Shown in pieces: positions 39,653 to 49,069 of a stretch of 64,000 nucleotides of DNA. The stretch spans positions 26,132 to 90,131 of the forward strand of contig JBHJOR010000010.1 of NCBI GenBank assembly GCA_050329585.1, read 5' to 3'. The translations under genes were made by a program, and so were the position numbers. The DNA comes from Candidatus Methylacidiphilales bacterium (GTDB lineage Bacteria > Verrucomicrobiota > Verrucomicrobiia > Methylacidiphilales > JBCBYL01). The notes beneath the pieces were generated by a model. That model did no database searches. It was not told the DNA's origin and saw nothing but the letters and a program-made list of their open reading frames with translations. How positions within the stretch are numbered: the stretch's first letter is position 1; each line of letters opens with the position of its first letter.

Positions 39653-41006
39653 CCGCTTCACACAGTGTGGGAGCGAGATCCTCCAATAGTGAAGCCTCCC
39701 TCGCTTCTATCAGAATGCGGACTACATTTTCTGTGCCGGAATAGCGAATGTAGACACGTCCTCGGGTGCCGAGTTTCTGTTCAGCTTCATGGAGTGCCGA
39801 CACGATTTGGGGAAGCTCCTCAAGTTTTCTCTTTTCCCGCACCGGGATGTTGAAGAGTTTCTGGGGATAACGGTGCAGAAGATTGCGCGCTTGATAAAGC
39901 CGCAATCCGGAAGTTTTCAAAGCGAGAAGGACTTGCAGTGCTGTCAACAACCCGTCCCCGGTTGGCATGAGATCAGGAAAGACGACATGGCCAGATTGTT
40001 CGCCACCCAATGAGTAGCCTCCTTCAGCCAGTGCTTGCATTACATGTCGATCCCCCACCGGGGTGCGCACCAATCTTCCATGGCGTTGGCTCATCAATTC
40101 ATCCAGTCCCAGATTACTCATCACGGTAACCACCAGCGTGTTGTGCTTCAGTTTTCCATCGCGCAACATACGGTCTGCAAGTATGGCTAGCATTTCATCG
40201 CCATCCAGCGGCACGCCCTTTTCATCGATCAGCAGCAGGCGGTCGGCATCGCCGTCATGGCATAATCCGATCCAGGAGTTACCGGTGATCCCCTGGTTGT
40301 TTTTTATTACGACTTGGCAAGCACTTTCAGGATGTTGGCTGCCAGCAAGATGATTGATATTGGTGCCTGTGGGCTGATCATGAAGAGGGATAACCTCGCA
40401 CCCCAGATTTCGCAAGATCTCAGGAGAACTTTGGTAAGCGGCTCCGTGAGCAACATCGACGATCAGGCGAATTCCCGACAGTTCGACCTCCGCGGGCAGG
40501 CACCGTCTCAAGTGTTCGCTATAAATAGATAAAGCCTTCGTAGAGTGGCCCAAAAGAGCGGGATCCTCCAGGTGGGGAAGAGCCAACCTACACTGCTGGT
40601 CGATAGATTTTTCAATAGCCCATTCCTCCTCATCGGTCAACTTATGCCCTTTGGAGTTGAAAAATTTGATACCGTTATCGTGATGAGGGTTGTGGGATGC
40701 GCTGATCATGGCACCGATAGGGGCCTGAACATGACAGGTCATCAAGGATATCGCAGCGGTGGGCAGAATACCTATCCTCAGGCAGGATCCGCCTCCGTCT
40801 AGGACGCCTTGACAGAAAGCGGCTTCTAAAACGGGTCCCGAATCACGGGTGTCACGGCCTACCACAACCGTAGGGGCGGATAGGGAGAGGGAAGGATAAA
40901 GTGACGCCACCGCCCGCCCGGCTTGGTATAAAAACTCCGGTGTCATCGGGGTGACCCCATAGGTTTCGCGAATGCCATCGGTGCCGAAATACTTTTTTAC
41001 TGACAT
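39624..41006 (-). CDS. glmM: Phosphoglucosamine mutase
   Basis: 'YFGTDGIRE', active-site 'SASHNPHHDNGIKFF', 'DGDADR' and 'GGEQSGH'. Confidence 0.95.
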   Translation of the reverse strand: MSVKKYFGTDGIRETYGVTPMTPEFLYQAGRAVASLYPSLSLSAPTVVVGRDTRDSGPVLEAAFCQGVLDGGGSCLRIGILPTAAISLMTCHVQAPIGAMISASHNPHHDNGIKFFNSKGHKLTDEEEWAIEKSIDQQCRLALPHLEDPALLGHSTKALSIYSEHLRRCLPAEVELSGIRLIVDVAHGAAYQSSPEILRNLGCEVIPLHDQPTGTNINHLAGSQHPESACQVVIKNNQGITGNSWIGLCHDGDADRLLLIDEKGVPLDGDEMLAILADRMLRDGKLKHNTLVVTVMSNLGLDELMSQRHGRLVRTPVGDRHVMQALAEGGYSLGGEQSGHVVFPDLMPTGDGLLTALQVLLALKTSGLRLYQARNLLHRYPQKLFNIPVREKRKLEELPQIVSALHEAEQKLGTRGRVYIRYSGTENVVRILIEAREASLLEDLAPTLCEAVKSSIGAGS

Positions 41007-41106
41007 ACATGGTTATGGACGTGGCATGGATGAAAAATCAATCTTTGCGATAGGATTTGAGCAAAAAAACTGGGCATGTTGGAGAATCACGTTAAGTTCA
41101 CAACCA

Positions 41107-41832
41107 ATGCGTTTTGGAATTTTTGGAGACATACACAGCAATCAAGAGGCTCTCGAAGCTGTTCTGGAGGACATGCAGTCCCAGCGTGTCACGCATACGG
41201 TCTGCATTGGAGACATCGTTGGATACAATGCCAATCCGGCTGAATGCTTGGAATTAGTCCGTTCTCTTGGATGTCCGGTGGTCAAAGGCAATCACGATGA
41301 GGAGGCCTCTGAAGACCGCCCTATTGAGCACTTTAATCCTCTGGCCTATGAGAGCATGAGCTACAGTCGCAGTCAGCTATCTGACGAACAGAAAAAATTT
41401 TTACGCAGTCTGTTGATGCAAAAAACCATCCATGATTTTACCGTGGTTCATTCCAGTTTAGATGGGCCAGCGCGCTGGATTTATGTTTTTTCGGTGCCTG
41501 AAGCTCAAAACAGCTTTGTTTACCAGCGAACCCAAGTTTGTTTTTATGGGCACACCCATGTTCCAACCGCCTACATTCTGGAAGACGGAGCGGTGCAGGA
41601 ATGTTTTTATAAGCGACTTGTCATCCAGGATCGTAAACAATATTACGTCAACGTCGGATCTGTAGGGCAACCACGAGATGGTGATTGGCGGGCGGCTTAT
41701 GTGATTTATGACACGGAAGAGAAGACGGTTGAGATGAGGCGTGTTCCTTATGATATCAATCGCGCACAAGAAAAAATCATTGAAGCCGGCTTGCCAGAGC
41801 GTCTGGCCGAGCGCTTGGCCAACGCGGTTTAA
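41107..41832 (+). CDS. Metallophosphoesterase family protein
   Basis: 'FGIFGDIHSN', 'CIGDIVGY', 'GNHD' and 'GHTHVP' calcineurin-like motifs. Start at ATG 41107. Confidence 0.8.
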   Translation: MRFGIFGDIHSNQEALEAVLEDMQSQRVTHTVCIGDIVGYNANPAECLELVRSLGCPVVKGNHDEEASEDRPIEHFNPLAYESMSYSRSQLSDEQKKFLRSLLMQKTIHDFTVVHSSLDGPARWIYVFSVPEAQNSFVYQRTQVCFYGHTHVPTAYILEDGAVQECFYKRLVIQDRKQYYVNVGSVGQPRDGDWRAAYVIYDTEEKTVEMRRVPYDINRAQEKIIEAGLPERLAERLANAV

Positions 41833-41847
41833 GTCGCGCCCTGCATT

Positions 41848-42825
41848 GTGAAGTTGTTGGTGGTCAAGCCGACTGCTTTGGGTGATGTGGCCCAAGCTCT
41901 TCAGGTGGTGCCCTATTTAAGGGCCTCCGGTTGGTGTGAGCGACTAGACTGGGTGGTGGATGAGGATTATGTGCCGTTGGTTCAAAAATGTCCCTGGGTA
42001 GATCACATTATAGCGTATCCTAGACGACGTTGGCGCTCCCTGAAATATTGGAGGGAGTGGAAAAGCTGGGGGGATCAACTGTCAGAGCGAGATTACGATG
42101 TGGCATTGGATTTGCAGGGTTTGGCGCGCAGTGGATTGATTACCTTAGCCAGTGGAGCTGTAAGAAGGATCGGATTGGCTTCTTCCAGAGAATGTTCCGG
42201 ATTCTTTTATCATGAAAGGGTTCCAGATCACGCGGAACATGCGGTAGATCGGTATGCGTTAGCGTGTGGATATTTATGTGGGGCCGACCCACTGCCGGGC
42301 GTCTATCTACATGATTCAGAAGAACGCACTGAAATGGCGGGCCGTCCGCGACAGGTTGTTTTGTTACACCCGTATTCCCAACGATCCGAAAAATGCTGGC
42401 CATGGAGGTTTTGGAATGACCTAGTCGAGTTGTTACCCCATGAAAGCTTTGTCATGGTAGGTAGAGGGCCATGGTTTCCTTGTGAAGCATCCAACGTGAT
42501 TGATTTAAGGAACAAAACAGATCTGAATGATTTACTGGAATGGATATCAGGTGCTCGCGGCATGATTAGCACGGACTCAGGGCCCTTGCACATGGCGGCG
42601 GCCTTAGGTATACCTTGTCTGGGCCTTTATGGGGCCACCCGTCCGGGCCGCACCCGGCCCCGGGGACAAAAATCTGTTTTTTTGAATGCCCAGACATTGC
42701 TTCCCAGCGATGGATCCGCTGTGGTGAGTCGAGATCTAGCGATGGGTCGGATGTCATCCATCTTGCCCGTCCATGTAAGCGAAACGTGGCGAAAACTCAT
42801 CACCTCGGCATCGTGTGAGAGCTAG
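41848..42825 (+). CDS. Glycosyltransferase family 9 (heptosyltransferase-like)
   Basis: GTG start. 'MKLLVVKPTALGDV', 'DVALDLQGLARSG' and 'ISTDSGPLHMAAALGIP' GT9 motifs. Confidence 0.8.
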   Translation: MKLLVVKPTALGDVAQALQVVPYLRASGWCERLDWVVDEDYVPLVQKCPWVDHIIAYPRRRWRSLKYWREWKSWGDQLSERDYDVALDLQGLARSGLITLASGAVRRIGLASSRECSGFFYHERVPDHAEHAVDRYALACGYLCGADPLPGVYLHDSEERTEMAGRPRQVVLLHPYSQRSEKCWPWRFWNDLVELLPHESFVMVGRGPWFPCEASNVIDLRNKTDLNDLLEWISGARGMISTDSGPLHMAAALGIPCLGLYGATRPGRTRPRGQKSVFLNAQTLLPSDGSAVVSRDLAMGRMSSILPVHVSETWRKLITSASCES

Positions 42826-42844
42826 ATCCGGTCAGAAACCGCCA

Positions 42845-43019
42845 TGCCATTTAGGTTACAATTGAGATTATTTCAATGTTAAGAAATGTAATAACAATTA
42901 TAAATACTACACTTACAATTATTTACATGAATTAATTAATTTTTTTGCTAGAATGGCATTGTAATTGCATTAATAATAATTACTTATATATTCATTCATG
43001 TCACAACCAAAGGAATTCA
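42845..43019 (+). promoter_or_regulatory. Very AT-rich leader with a repeated TTACAAT motif and a candidate promoter and RBS
   Basis: TTACAAT occurs at 42856-62 and 42913-19, the variant TAACAAT at 42892-98, and the inverted ATTGTAA at 42958-64. A possible -35 TTGCAT (42965-70), 16-nt spacer and -10 TATATT (42987-92) follow. AAGGAA lies 4 nt before the ATG at 43020. Confidence 0.35.
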
Positions 43020-43820
43020 ATGATAACCAGATCTCGAAAAAATAAAAAATGGTCGGCCCAACTTGTTCTCGATGAAATACGCTCTTGGGAAACAGAAGGC
43101 AAGGCACTTTACTCCCATCATGTCAGACAGGAGTTCCAAGAGCTATTAGCAGCGGGAATCCGCTACTACGGTAGCTGGAAGTCAGCGGTCGAGGCGGCTG
43201 GCATCCCCTATCAGGATGTTCGTAAATACCAGAACTGGTCCAAAGATTTAATCGTCCAGAAAATCCAAGAGCTGCGCCAGCAGGGAGTGGATCTCTCATT
43301 TCGTTCCATGATGTTGAGCCGGTTCAACTCGATGGTTTATGCGGCCATTCGTCCTAACCATTTTGGTTCATGGAAAGCCGCTCTTTCAGCTGCGGGGTTA
43401 CCTCCGGATGAAATTTACAGGTATCGTTCATGGGATGAAGACACCATTCTCTCAGAAATCCGCAAACTCAAAGAGCAAGGTGCAGATCTGAGCTCGAAAA
43501 CCATGGATGAAACGTCCAATCCTCTGATTGCTACCGCCCGGCGACGTTTTGGTAACTGGGGTAATGCGGTCGAAAAAGCGGGCATCGATTATTCGGCTAT
43601 CCGCCGCCGCCGCCGCTGGACATGTGATGATATTATCGAAGGAATTCTGGAGTTAAGGAGTCAAGGAGTAAAAATGCAAAGTAACGACGTGCGGAAGGCA
43701 TCGCCTGCGCTTTTTGCAGCAGCCTGCAAACCACGCTTCTTTGGAACATGGTCCAAAGCCCTATCTGCGGCACTGGAGCACGAGAAGGCTTCGGTTACAG
43801 AAGTGGCGATGAGTCACTAA
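43020..43820 (+). CDS. Protein made of four tandem ~62-65-aa repeats resembling the homing-endonuclease-associated repeat; no nuclease domain
   Basis: Each unit reads W-x3-(I/L)(I/L/V)-x2-I-x2-(L/W)-x3-G...(F/Y)G(S/N/T)W-x2-A(V/L)-x-(A/K)AG. Anchor Trp residues are W11, W73, W138 and W200. GxW sits at residues 51-53, 116-118, 178-180 and 242-244. Confidence 0.7.
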   Translation: MITRSRKNKKWSAQLVLDEIRSWETEGKALYSHHVRQEFQELLAAGIRYYGSWKSAVEAAGIPYQDVRKYQNWSKDLIVQKIQELRQQGVDLSFRSMMLSRFNSMVYAAIRPNHFGSWKAALSAAGLPPDEIYRYRSWDEDTILSEIRKLKEQGADLSSKTMDETSNPLIATARRRFGNWGNAVEKAGIDYSAIRRRRRWTCDDIIEGILELRSQGVKMQSNDVRKASPALFAAACKPRFFGTWSKALSAALEHEKASVTEVAMSH

Positions 43821-43841
43821 TCGGTTTTAATCCAATCTCAC

Positions 43842-43876
43842 AAGGCCCGTTCTCAAGAACGGGCCTTGTTTTTTTT
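43842..43876 (+). terminator. Intrinsic terminator
   Basis: Perfect 11-bp stem AAGGCCCGTTC/GAACGGGCCTT with loop TCAA, then G followed by 8 T. Confidence 0.85.
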
Positions 43877-43899
43877 AGCGGGGCTGACATGATCCTGAG

Positions 43900-44736
43900 A
43901 TGAGGTTTTGTGCCGCGTTGTTTCTCTGTTGGTTTATCGGGTCTGCAACTACTGCACTGGCTAATGTGCGACTGGCACTGGAAAGCGATCGGGACACCTA
44001 TTTGTTATATGAACCGGTCATTTTTAACCTCAGGATTCAAAATATCGGTTCTGAAACCATGGCCTTGCAGGATCATCCAGTTACCAAACGTCCATGGCTT
44101 AGCTTTCTGATTTTCAAGGCGGATGGAAATAAAGTCGGAGCAACCGGATCTTTTTCAGTCCCTCCTCAGGTGTTGAAGCAGGGTGAAAGCTCGGTTATGG
44201 AGATCGATATCACACCGCTCTACCAAATCAGAGAAAGCGGGCGTTTTGATGTCCAAGCGGTAGTTAGCATACCTGGAAAATCCACATACCAAACCGGCAG
44301 ATTGCGCATCTATGTGGGCAGGGGGGAAGAAGTTTGGCGGCGTGAGATCAACCGTAATGGCGTGATTCGAGTCTATTCCTTAATCCGTTTTTTAGAGAAA
44401 AAGAATTCTTCGCTTTATGTTCGTGTGGAGGAGCCCTCACAGAATCTCGTCTACACAACACAAAGGTTGGGTTTTATGGCCGGCTACACTTCTCCTACCG
44501 TGGAATTCGATGCGGCAGGAAGCATGCATGTCATGCATGAAACGGCGGTGAGAAAATACCGTTACAGTATAATTTCGTTGGATGGACAAATGCTCGATCA
44601 GCAAGACCGCATAGCTGAACGTGATGTCCCCCGTCTGGCGCTTTCTCCGGAAGGGAATGTTGTGGTTGCGGGTGGAGTCAACCCATCGGGTAAAGTCAAA
44701 CGGCGAAATTTATCTGAAGATCAAATGGGATTGTAA
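43900..44736 (+). CDS. Secreted protein of unknown function
   Basis: Signal peptide 'ALFLCWFIGSATTALA' and an all-beta-looking sequence. I recognise no motif. Confidence 0.6.
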   Translation: MRFCAALFLCWFIGSATTALANVRLALESDRDTYLLYEPVIFNLRIQNIGSETMALQDHPVTKRPWLSFLIFKADGNKVGATGSFSVPPQVLKQGESSVMEIDITPLYQIRESGRFDVQAVVSIPGKSTYQTGRLRIYVGRGEEVWRREINRNGVIRVYSLIRFLEKKNSSLYVRVEEPSQNLVYTTQRLGFMAGYTSPTVEFDAAGSMHVMHETAVRKYRYSIISLDGQMLDQQDRIAERDVPRLALSPEGNVVVAGGVNPSGKVKRRNLSEDQMGL

Positions 44737-44763
44737 GAGCTATTCTTTTCCAGTGAAACGTAT

Positions 44764-45138
44764 TCAGCCCTGCAGCGCGGTGCTGACTGCGTTTTGAATA
44801 TCTCCGGAGCTGAAGGGTTTGGTAACCACCCGTTCGGCCCCTAGGTCGGAGGCGATGGCCAGCATCTCGGTTCCTTTCAGTCCCATGCCTCCGGCAGACA
44901 TAGCGATGATCTTTAATTCGGGGTAAAGAGCTTTGGCTTTTTCAATGAATTCAATGCCATCCATTTCTGGCATAAAAATATCGGTCAGGATCAGATCAAA
45001 AGGAGTATCCTGTTCAAGATGTCTGATAGCTTCCACCCCGTTTTCTGCTGCCAACACTTGATGGCCTAATTCCTTAAGAATAATTTCTAGTGATGCGCGG
45101 GTGCTATCACTGTCATCGATGATCATAATTTTCTTCAT
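44764..45138 (-). CDS. Single-domain CheY-like response regulator
   Basis: 'MKKIMIIDDSD', 'LILTDIFMPEMDG' and 'VVTKPF'. Confidence 0.9.
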   Translation of the reverse strand: MKKIMIIDDSDSTRASLEIILKELGHQVLAAENGVEAIRHLEQDTPFDLILTDIFMPEMDGIEFIEKAKALYPELKIIAMSAGGMGLKGTEMLAIASDLGAERVVTKPFSSGDIQNAVSTALQG

Positions 45139-45152
45139 AAAAAATAACGAAT

Positions 45153-46241
45153 TTAGCAGCGTTGATCCAATTCGGTGCTGATCATCAGCATCAGTGCAAT
45201 AGGATCACCCATGATAGACTCGGTGTCTGTCATGGTGCCATATTGAAATTTGAAGGTGCCATCCTTGATGGACATTAACTCCCTCAGAGCATCAATGCCA
45301 CGTTTTTCACCGGTGCTGACATGATAGAAGCGGCCATTTTTGAAGAAAACCTGACCTTCGGGATGCTCACTTTTTCTAGATTTGGGATTGATAATGAGCA
45401 CTCCTGATTTTCCGGCCTGGCTCAGCAGCTGAGTGATATCTATCAGGTTGAGTTCGCCCAGATCGCCTTGGATGCCAGCGTTGACCGGACTGCTGTCTTC
45501 CAACTTTCTGGAATATTTGACTATGGAATCGAGTTTGAGAATGAGTGATCCGGAATGTGATTCCCGTGCGGCAAGGGTTTGAATCACTTCTTCTGCTAGA
45601 TGACCTTGGCCTGAAAGCTTGATCTTGACCATTTCCATCAGAGCTTCACGTTCCTCGCGGCGTTTCTGGGTTTGATCAATCGCACCGTTCAGTGAACGGA
45701 GAAAAGAGTCGGGCACCAACGGTTTTTCCAGAAAATCATAGATGCCGGCGCGGAGACCCGCTTTGACGAGCTGTTTATCGTCCTTGGCAGTGAGAAGCAG
45801 AACTTGTAGCGACTCGTCGCGCTGTTTGATCCATCGCACCAGATCAAGTCCGGTGCCTCCGGGCATATTGTAGTCGGTCACTACGCAGCCGAATGAATCC
45901 AGTCCTTCTGATTCCAACAGGCGGGTGGCAGGAACCAGATCGCCTGCTGTTTTGTAGGCTAGGCCGTCATTTTGAAGCGTTAATTTAACGATCTCCAGCA
46001 TAATAGGATCGTCGTCTACGGCCAAGACGCGCAGGGACTTTTTTTCGGGGGTAGGCTTGGGTACTAAATCACCAATAGGTTTCCAATCCTGCATGCCCGG
46101 GGACCAGAACCAAGTTTCCTCAGGGCATCCTTTTTTTTTCCAAAACGATTCGGCGGCCTCGGCCTGAAAGGGGCCAAGTTGTTTGCCTCCTGTATAGAGG
46201 AAAACGCGTTCCGGATCGATAGTCATAAAGGGTGGGGTCAT
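45153..46241 (-). CDS. GYF_2-like domain, receiver domain and DUF4388 domain regulator
   Basis: N-terminal 'GGKQLGPF...WFWSPGMQDWKPIGDL' is GYF-like. Receiver 'VLAVDDDP', 'VVTDYNMPGGTG' and 'FLEKPL'. C-terminal 'LNLIDITQLLSQAGKSGVLII...GRFYHVSTGEKRGIDALRELM' is DUF4388-like. Confidence 0.75.
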   Translation of the reverse strand: MTPPFMTIDPERVFLYTGGKQLGPFQAEAAESFWKKKGCPEETWFWSPGMQDWKPIGDLVPKPTPEKKSLRVLAVDDDPIMLEIVKLTLQNDGLAYKTAGDLVPATRLLESEGLDSFGCVVTDYNMPGGTGLDLVRWIKQRDESLQVLLLTAKDDKQLVKAGLRAGIYDFLEKPLVPDSFLRSLNGAIDQTQKRREEREALMEMVKIKLSGQGHLAEEVIQTLAARESHSGSLILKLDSIVKYSRKLEDSSPVNAGIQGDLGELNLIDITQLLSQAGKSGVLIINPKSRKSEHPEGQVFFKNGRFYHVSTGEKRGIDALRELMSIKDGTFKFQYGTMTDTESIMGDPIALMLMISTELDQRC

Positions 46242-48862
46242 GATGGGGTTACGGTGATCTGTGAAAGCAGAGAATCTTTCGTTGCTTTGAAAGCTTCCTT
46301 CATTTCAGGGAGCAGCTTCCAAACTTCGTCGATACGCGAATGATGGGCGGCAGATTCGCAGGCCGCAGCCAACGTGGCCAGTTCATGGGCTCTGAAGTTT
46401 CCGGCTGTTCCTTTTATGGTGTGAGCATGGCGAAAGGCATCTTCTATTTTGTTTTGTCCCAGAGCTTCTTCGAGCTCTTCGAGCCGTTTTTCGTTTTCAC
46501 GGATAAAAAGTTCGATGAGATGAGGTGGGAGGTTGAGTGAACCATTTTGTTTGTGCTGTTTGGGAGCCGAAATAGAGGGAGGATGAGCACGCCCCGCTGC
46601 CGGCAGAGGACGGGCTGTCGAGTGGGAAGCTGTTTCTGCGGCACAGCGTTCCAGAGCGGCCAACAATTCCTCATCATCAACGGGTTTGCTAACATAATCA
46701 TTCATTCCGGCTGCAAGACATTTTTCGCGGTCACCCTGAAGCGCATTAGCGGTCATGGCGATGATGTAGATGTGGTGATTGAGAACCGGAGATGCGGGAT
46801 CTCGAATATACTGAGTGGCTTGGTAGCCGTCCATTTCAGGCATTTGACAGTCCATCAGCACTCCATCGCAGGTATGGTTTGCGAGCCACTCCACAGCCTC
46901 TCGTCCGTTTTCAGCGCAATGAAGAGTATGTCCCCAAGCCTGCAATTGGATCATGGCGACTTCCCGGTTGACCTCGCTGTCCTCGACCAAAAGAAGGCTG
47001 AGATGGCGCAAGTTGGACGCCGGCATCAGATGGCGCTTATTCTCCTCGGAGGTAATGGCAGAGCTTTCGGTAACTGAAGGAGTGGGCGGAGGTGATGTGA
47101 GAGAAGCGTTTTTGGATTTGAGGACACGCGTTATGGATTCTCGAAGGTCACTGGGACGCAGCGGTTTTTGCAGGCACTCGTTGATGTTTAAGGCGCGCAT
47201 TTTAGGACGGGAAATTTCCTCAGGGTGAGAGGCCATGAGGATGATCTTGGAGGTCTGATTGCCCTGTGACGTAAGATCAAGGCTTTGTTCCATGGCACTG
47301 TGCTCGCCTATTTTGGAATCAAGCAGGATGATATCCAGAGGGGTGCCGCGCTCGGCCTGGTTTTGAATGATATCAATGGCCTCCTGATAGGAATTGCTTT
47401 GCCGGCTGGAAACGTTCCATGGAGCCAAAAGTTGCTTCACGTAATCACCGTAGGCCGTGCTTTCCGTGACAATCAGAGCTCGAACTCCCCAGAAATCCAC
47501 ATCGTGCGTTTCCTTATCTTCCTGGCCCTCTAGGAGCACTTGCTTTTTGAACGGTATGGTGAGGGAGAAGGTAGAACCTTTGCCCTCGTCGCTTTCGAGA
47601 TCAATGCTGCCGCCTAGCAGTTCAGTGATGCGTTTGGAAATGGCGAGTCCCAGTCCTGTGCCGCCAAATTTGCGATTGGTAGCGGAGTCTGCTTGTTGGA
47701 ATGCCTGAAACAGTTTGCGCTGGTTTTCGGGAGAAATACCAATGCCGGTATCAGATACCGATATTCTGAGAGTGGCGGTTTGTTCGTCCTCTGATTCTTG
47801 AACTACACGGATCATCACTTCGCCTTGATCGGTGAATTTAATGGCATTCGAGACCAAGTTGAGCAGAACCTGGCGCAGGCGTGTTGGATCGGATATCAAC
47901 TGCACCTTGGCATCCGCATTGATCCAACTGAATAATTCCAGTCCTTTTTCTTTCGCCCGCTCGGTCATCAACTGAACCGTTTCTTCAACCAAGTCATCCA
48001 AATTGAATTCAATCTCTTCCACTTCAAGTTTACCGGCCTCGATTTTAGAGAAATCCAGGATGTCATTGAGAATCGTCAACAGGGCATTGCCGGAATTTTG
48101 GACAATTTGGGCATAACGTTTTTGTTCCGGTGTAAGTGACGTCCTGAGTAGAATCTTCACCATGCCTAGAATGCCATTCATAGGAGTGCGAATTTCATGG
48201 GACATGTTTGCAAGGAACGCTGACTTCATGTAGGTGGCTTGCATGGCGACGTCGCGAGCTTTGGCCAGTTCCTCGTTGTTGGTATTAAGCTGATCGGAAA
48301 TGCCTTTGATTTTCTCGTATTGCTGGCGGTTGATTTCGTGCTGGAGGTGAACCAAAGTGGCCACACCGATCAAACCGATAAAGCTTCCATCGGCTTCGAT
48401 CAGGATTACATCGTTGAAAAAGTCTTCCTTACGCTCCATGATCGCACTGAGCACACGGTGCACAGGCGTGCCTCGAATGATGCGCAAATCGGTTTCCAGG
48501 ACGTGATTACGCACAGGTTTTCGACCGTAAATGGCATGGCCAAGTCCCCATTGGCTGAGAGTGTTGGTAACCTTCCTCTCGGAACAAAGCCCCACAATGG
48601 CTTCGTTTTCATCTAAGACGGTAGCAAATCGAAACTGGGGATTGAGTCGGAAAAATTCCTGAGCTTTTTCCATGGTCGTATGGGCAGGCAGTGTGGTTCG
48701 GTGATCGATTAACTCGATCCAATCCGTATCATTACCGCGGTGAAACCGGTCAATAGAGCGGACTTCTACTGAAGTCACAGGATCAAAACTATCTTTTAGA
48801 GAATGACTTACCATTGTGGCGGGAGCTGTGGAGTGGGAAGGAGATAAAAGGTGGGTATTCAT
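46238..48862 (-). CDS. Soluble hybrid sensor histidine kinase: CBS-pair-like N-terminus, HisKA, HATPase_c, two receiver domains, Hpt
   Basis: H-box 'MSHEIRTPMNGI'. N/G boxes 'NLVSNAIKFT', 'DTGIGI' and 'GGTGLGLAI'. REC 'LLLVEDSEVN...VLMDCQMPEMDG...KP'. Hpt 'HAHTIKGTAGNF'. I see no TM helix. Confidence 0.9.
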   Translation of the reverse strand: MNTHLLSPSHSTAPATMVSHSLKDSFDPVTSVEVRSIDRFHRGNDTDWIELIDHRTTLPAHTTMEKAQEFFRLNPQFRFATVLDENEAIVGLCSERKVTNTLSQWGLGHAIYGRKPVRNHVLETDLRIIRGTPVHRVLSAIMERKEDFFNDVILIEADGSFIGLIGVATLVHLQHEINRQQYEKIKGISDQLNTNNEELAKARDVAMQATYMKSAFLANMSHEIRTPMNGILGMVKILLRTSLTPEQKRYAQIVQNSGNALLTILNDILDFSKIEAGKLEVEEIEFNLDDLVEETVQLMTERAKEKGLELFSWINADAKVQLISDPTRLRQVLLNLVSNAIKFTDQGEVMIRVVQESEDEQTATLRISVSDTGIGISPENQRKLFQAFQQADSATNRKFGGTGLGLAISKRITELLGGSIDLESDEGKGSTFSLTIPFKKQVLLEGQEDKETHDVDFWGVRALIVTESTAYGDYVKQLLAPWNVSSRQSNSYQEAIDIIQNQAERGTPLDIILLDSKIGEHSAMEQSLDLTSQGNQTSKIILMASHPEEISRPKMRALNINECLQKPLRPSDLRESITRVLKSKNASLTSPPPTPSVTESSAITSEENKRHLMPASNLRHLSLLLVEDSEVNREVAMIQLQAWGHTLHCAENGREAVEWLANHTCDGVLMDCQMPEMDGYQATQYIRDPASPVLNHHIYIIAMTANALQGDREKCLAAGMNDYVSKPVDDEELLAALERCAAETASHSTARPLPAAGRAHPPSISAPKQHKQNGSLNLPPHLIELFIRENEKRLEELEEALGQNKIEDAFRHAHTIKGTAGNFRAHELATLAAACESAAHHSRIDEVWKLLPEMKEAFKATKDSLLSQITVTPS

Positions 48863-49069
48863 AGTTAAGAAAAGGAACGAAGTCGTTCAAATAAGCTTTT
48901 TTGCTAATCTGTCCCTGATCTGTAACGCTTGCGTGAACGAAGCATGACAATTGGGATACAATATATGATAGAGAGAAAACAACGTGGCACATAATCTTTA
49001 ACGCAAAATGAGTATCGTTTGGATTATCCATTGCCAAAGAAGTGGTAGTCTATTAGCTTGCACAAGACC

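Noticed and set aside
46547-47077. 176-aa plus-strand ORF (and other plus-strand ORFs between 46340 and 48616)
   Set aside because: They are antisense to the hybrid histidine kinase gene, whose motifs are unambiguous.
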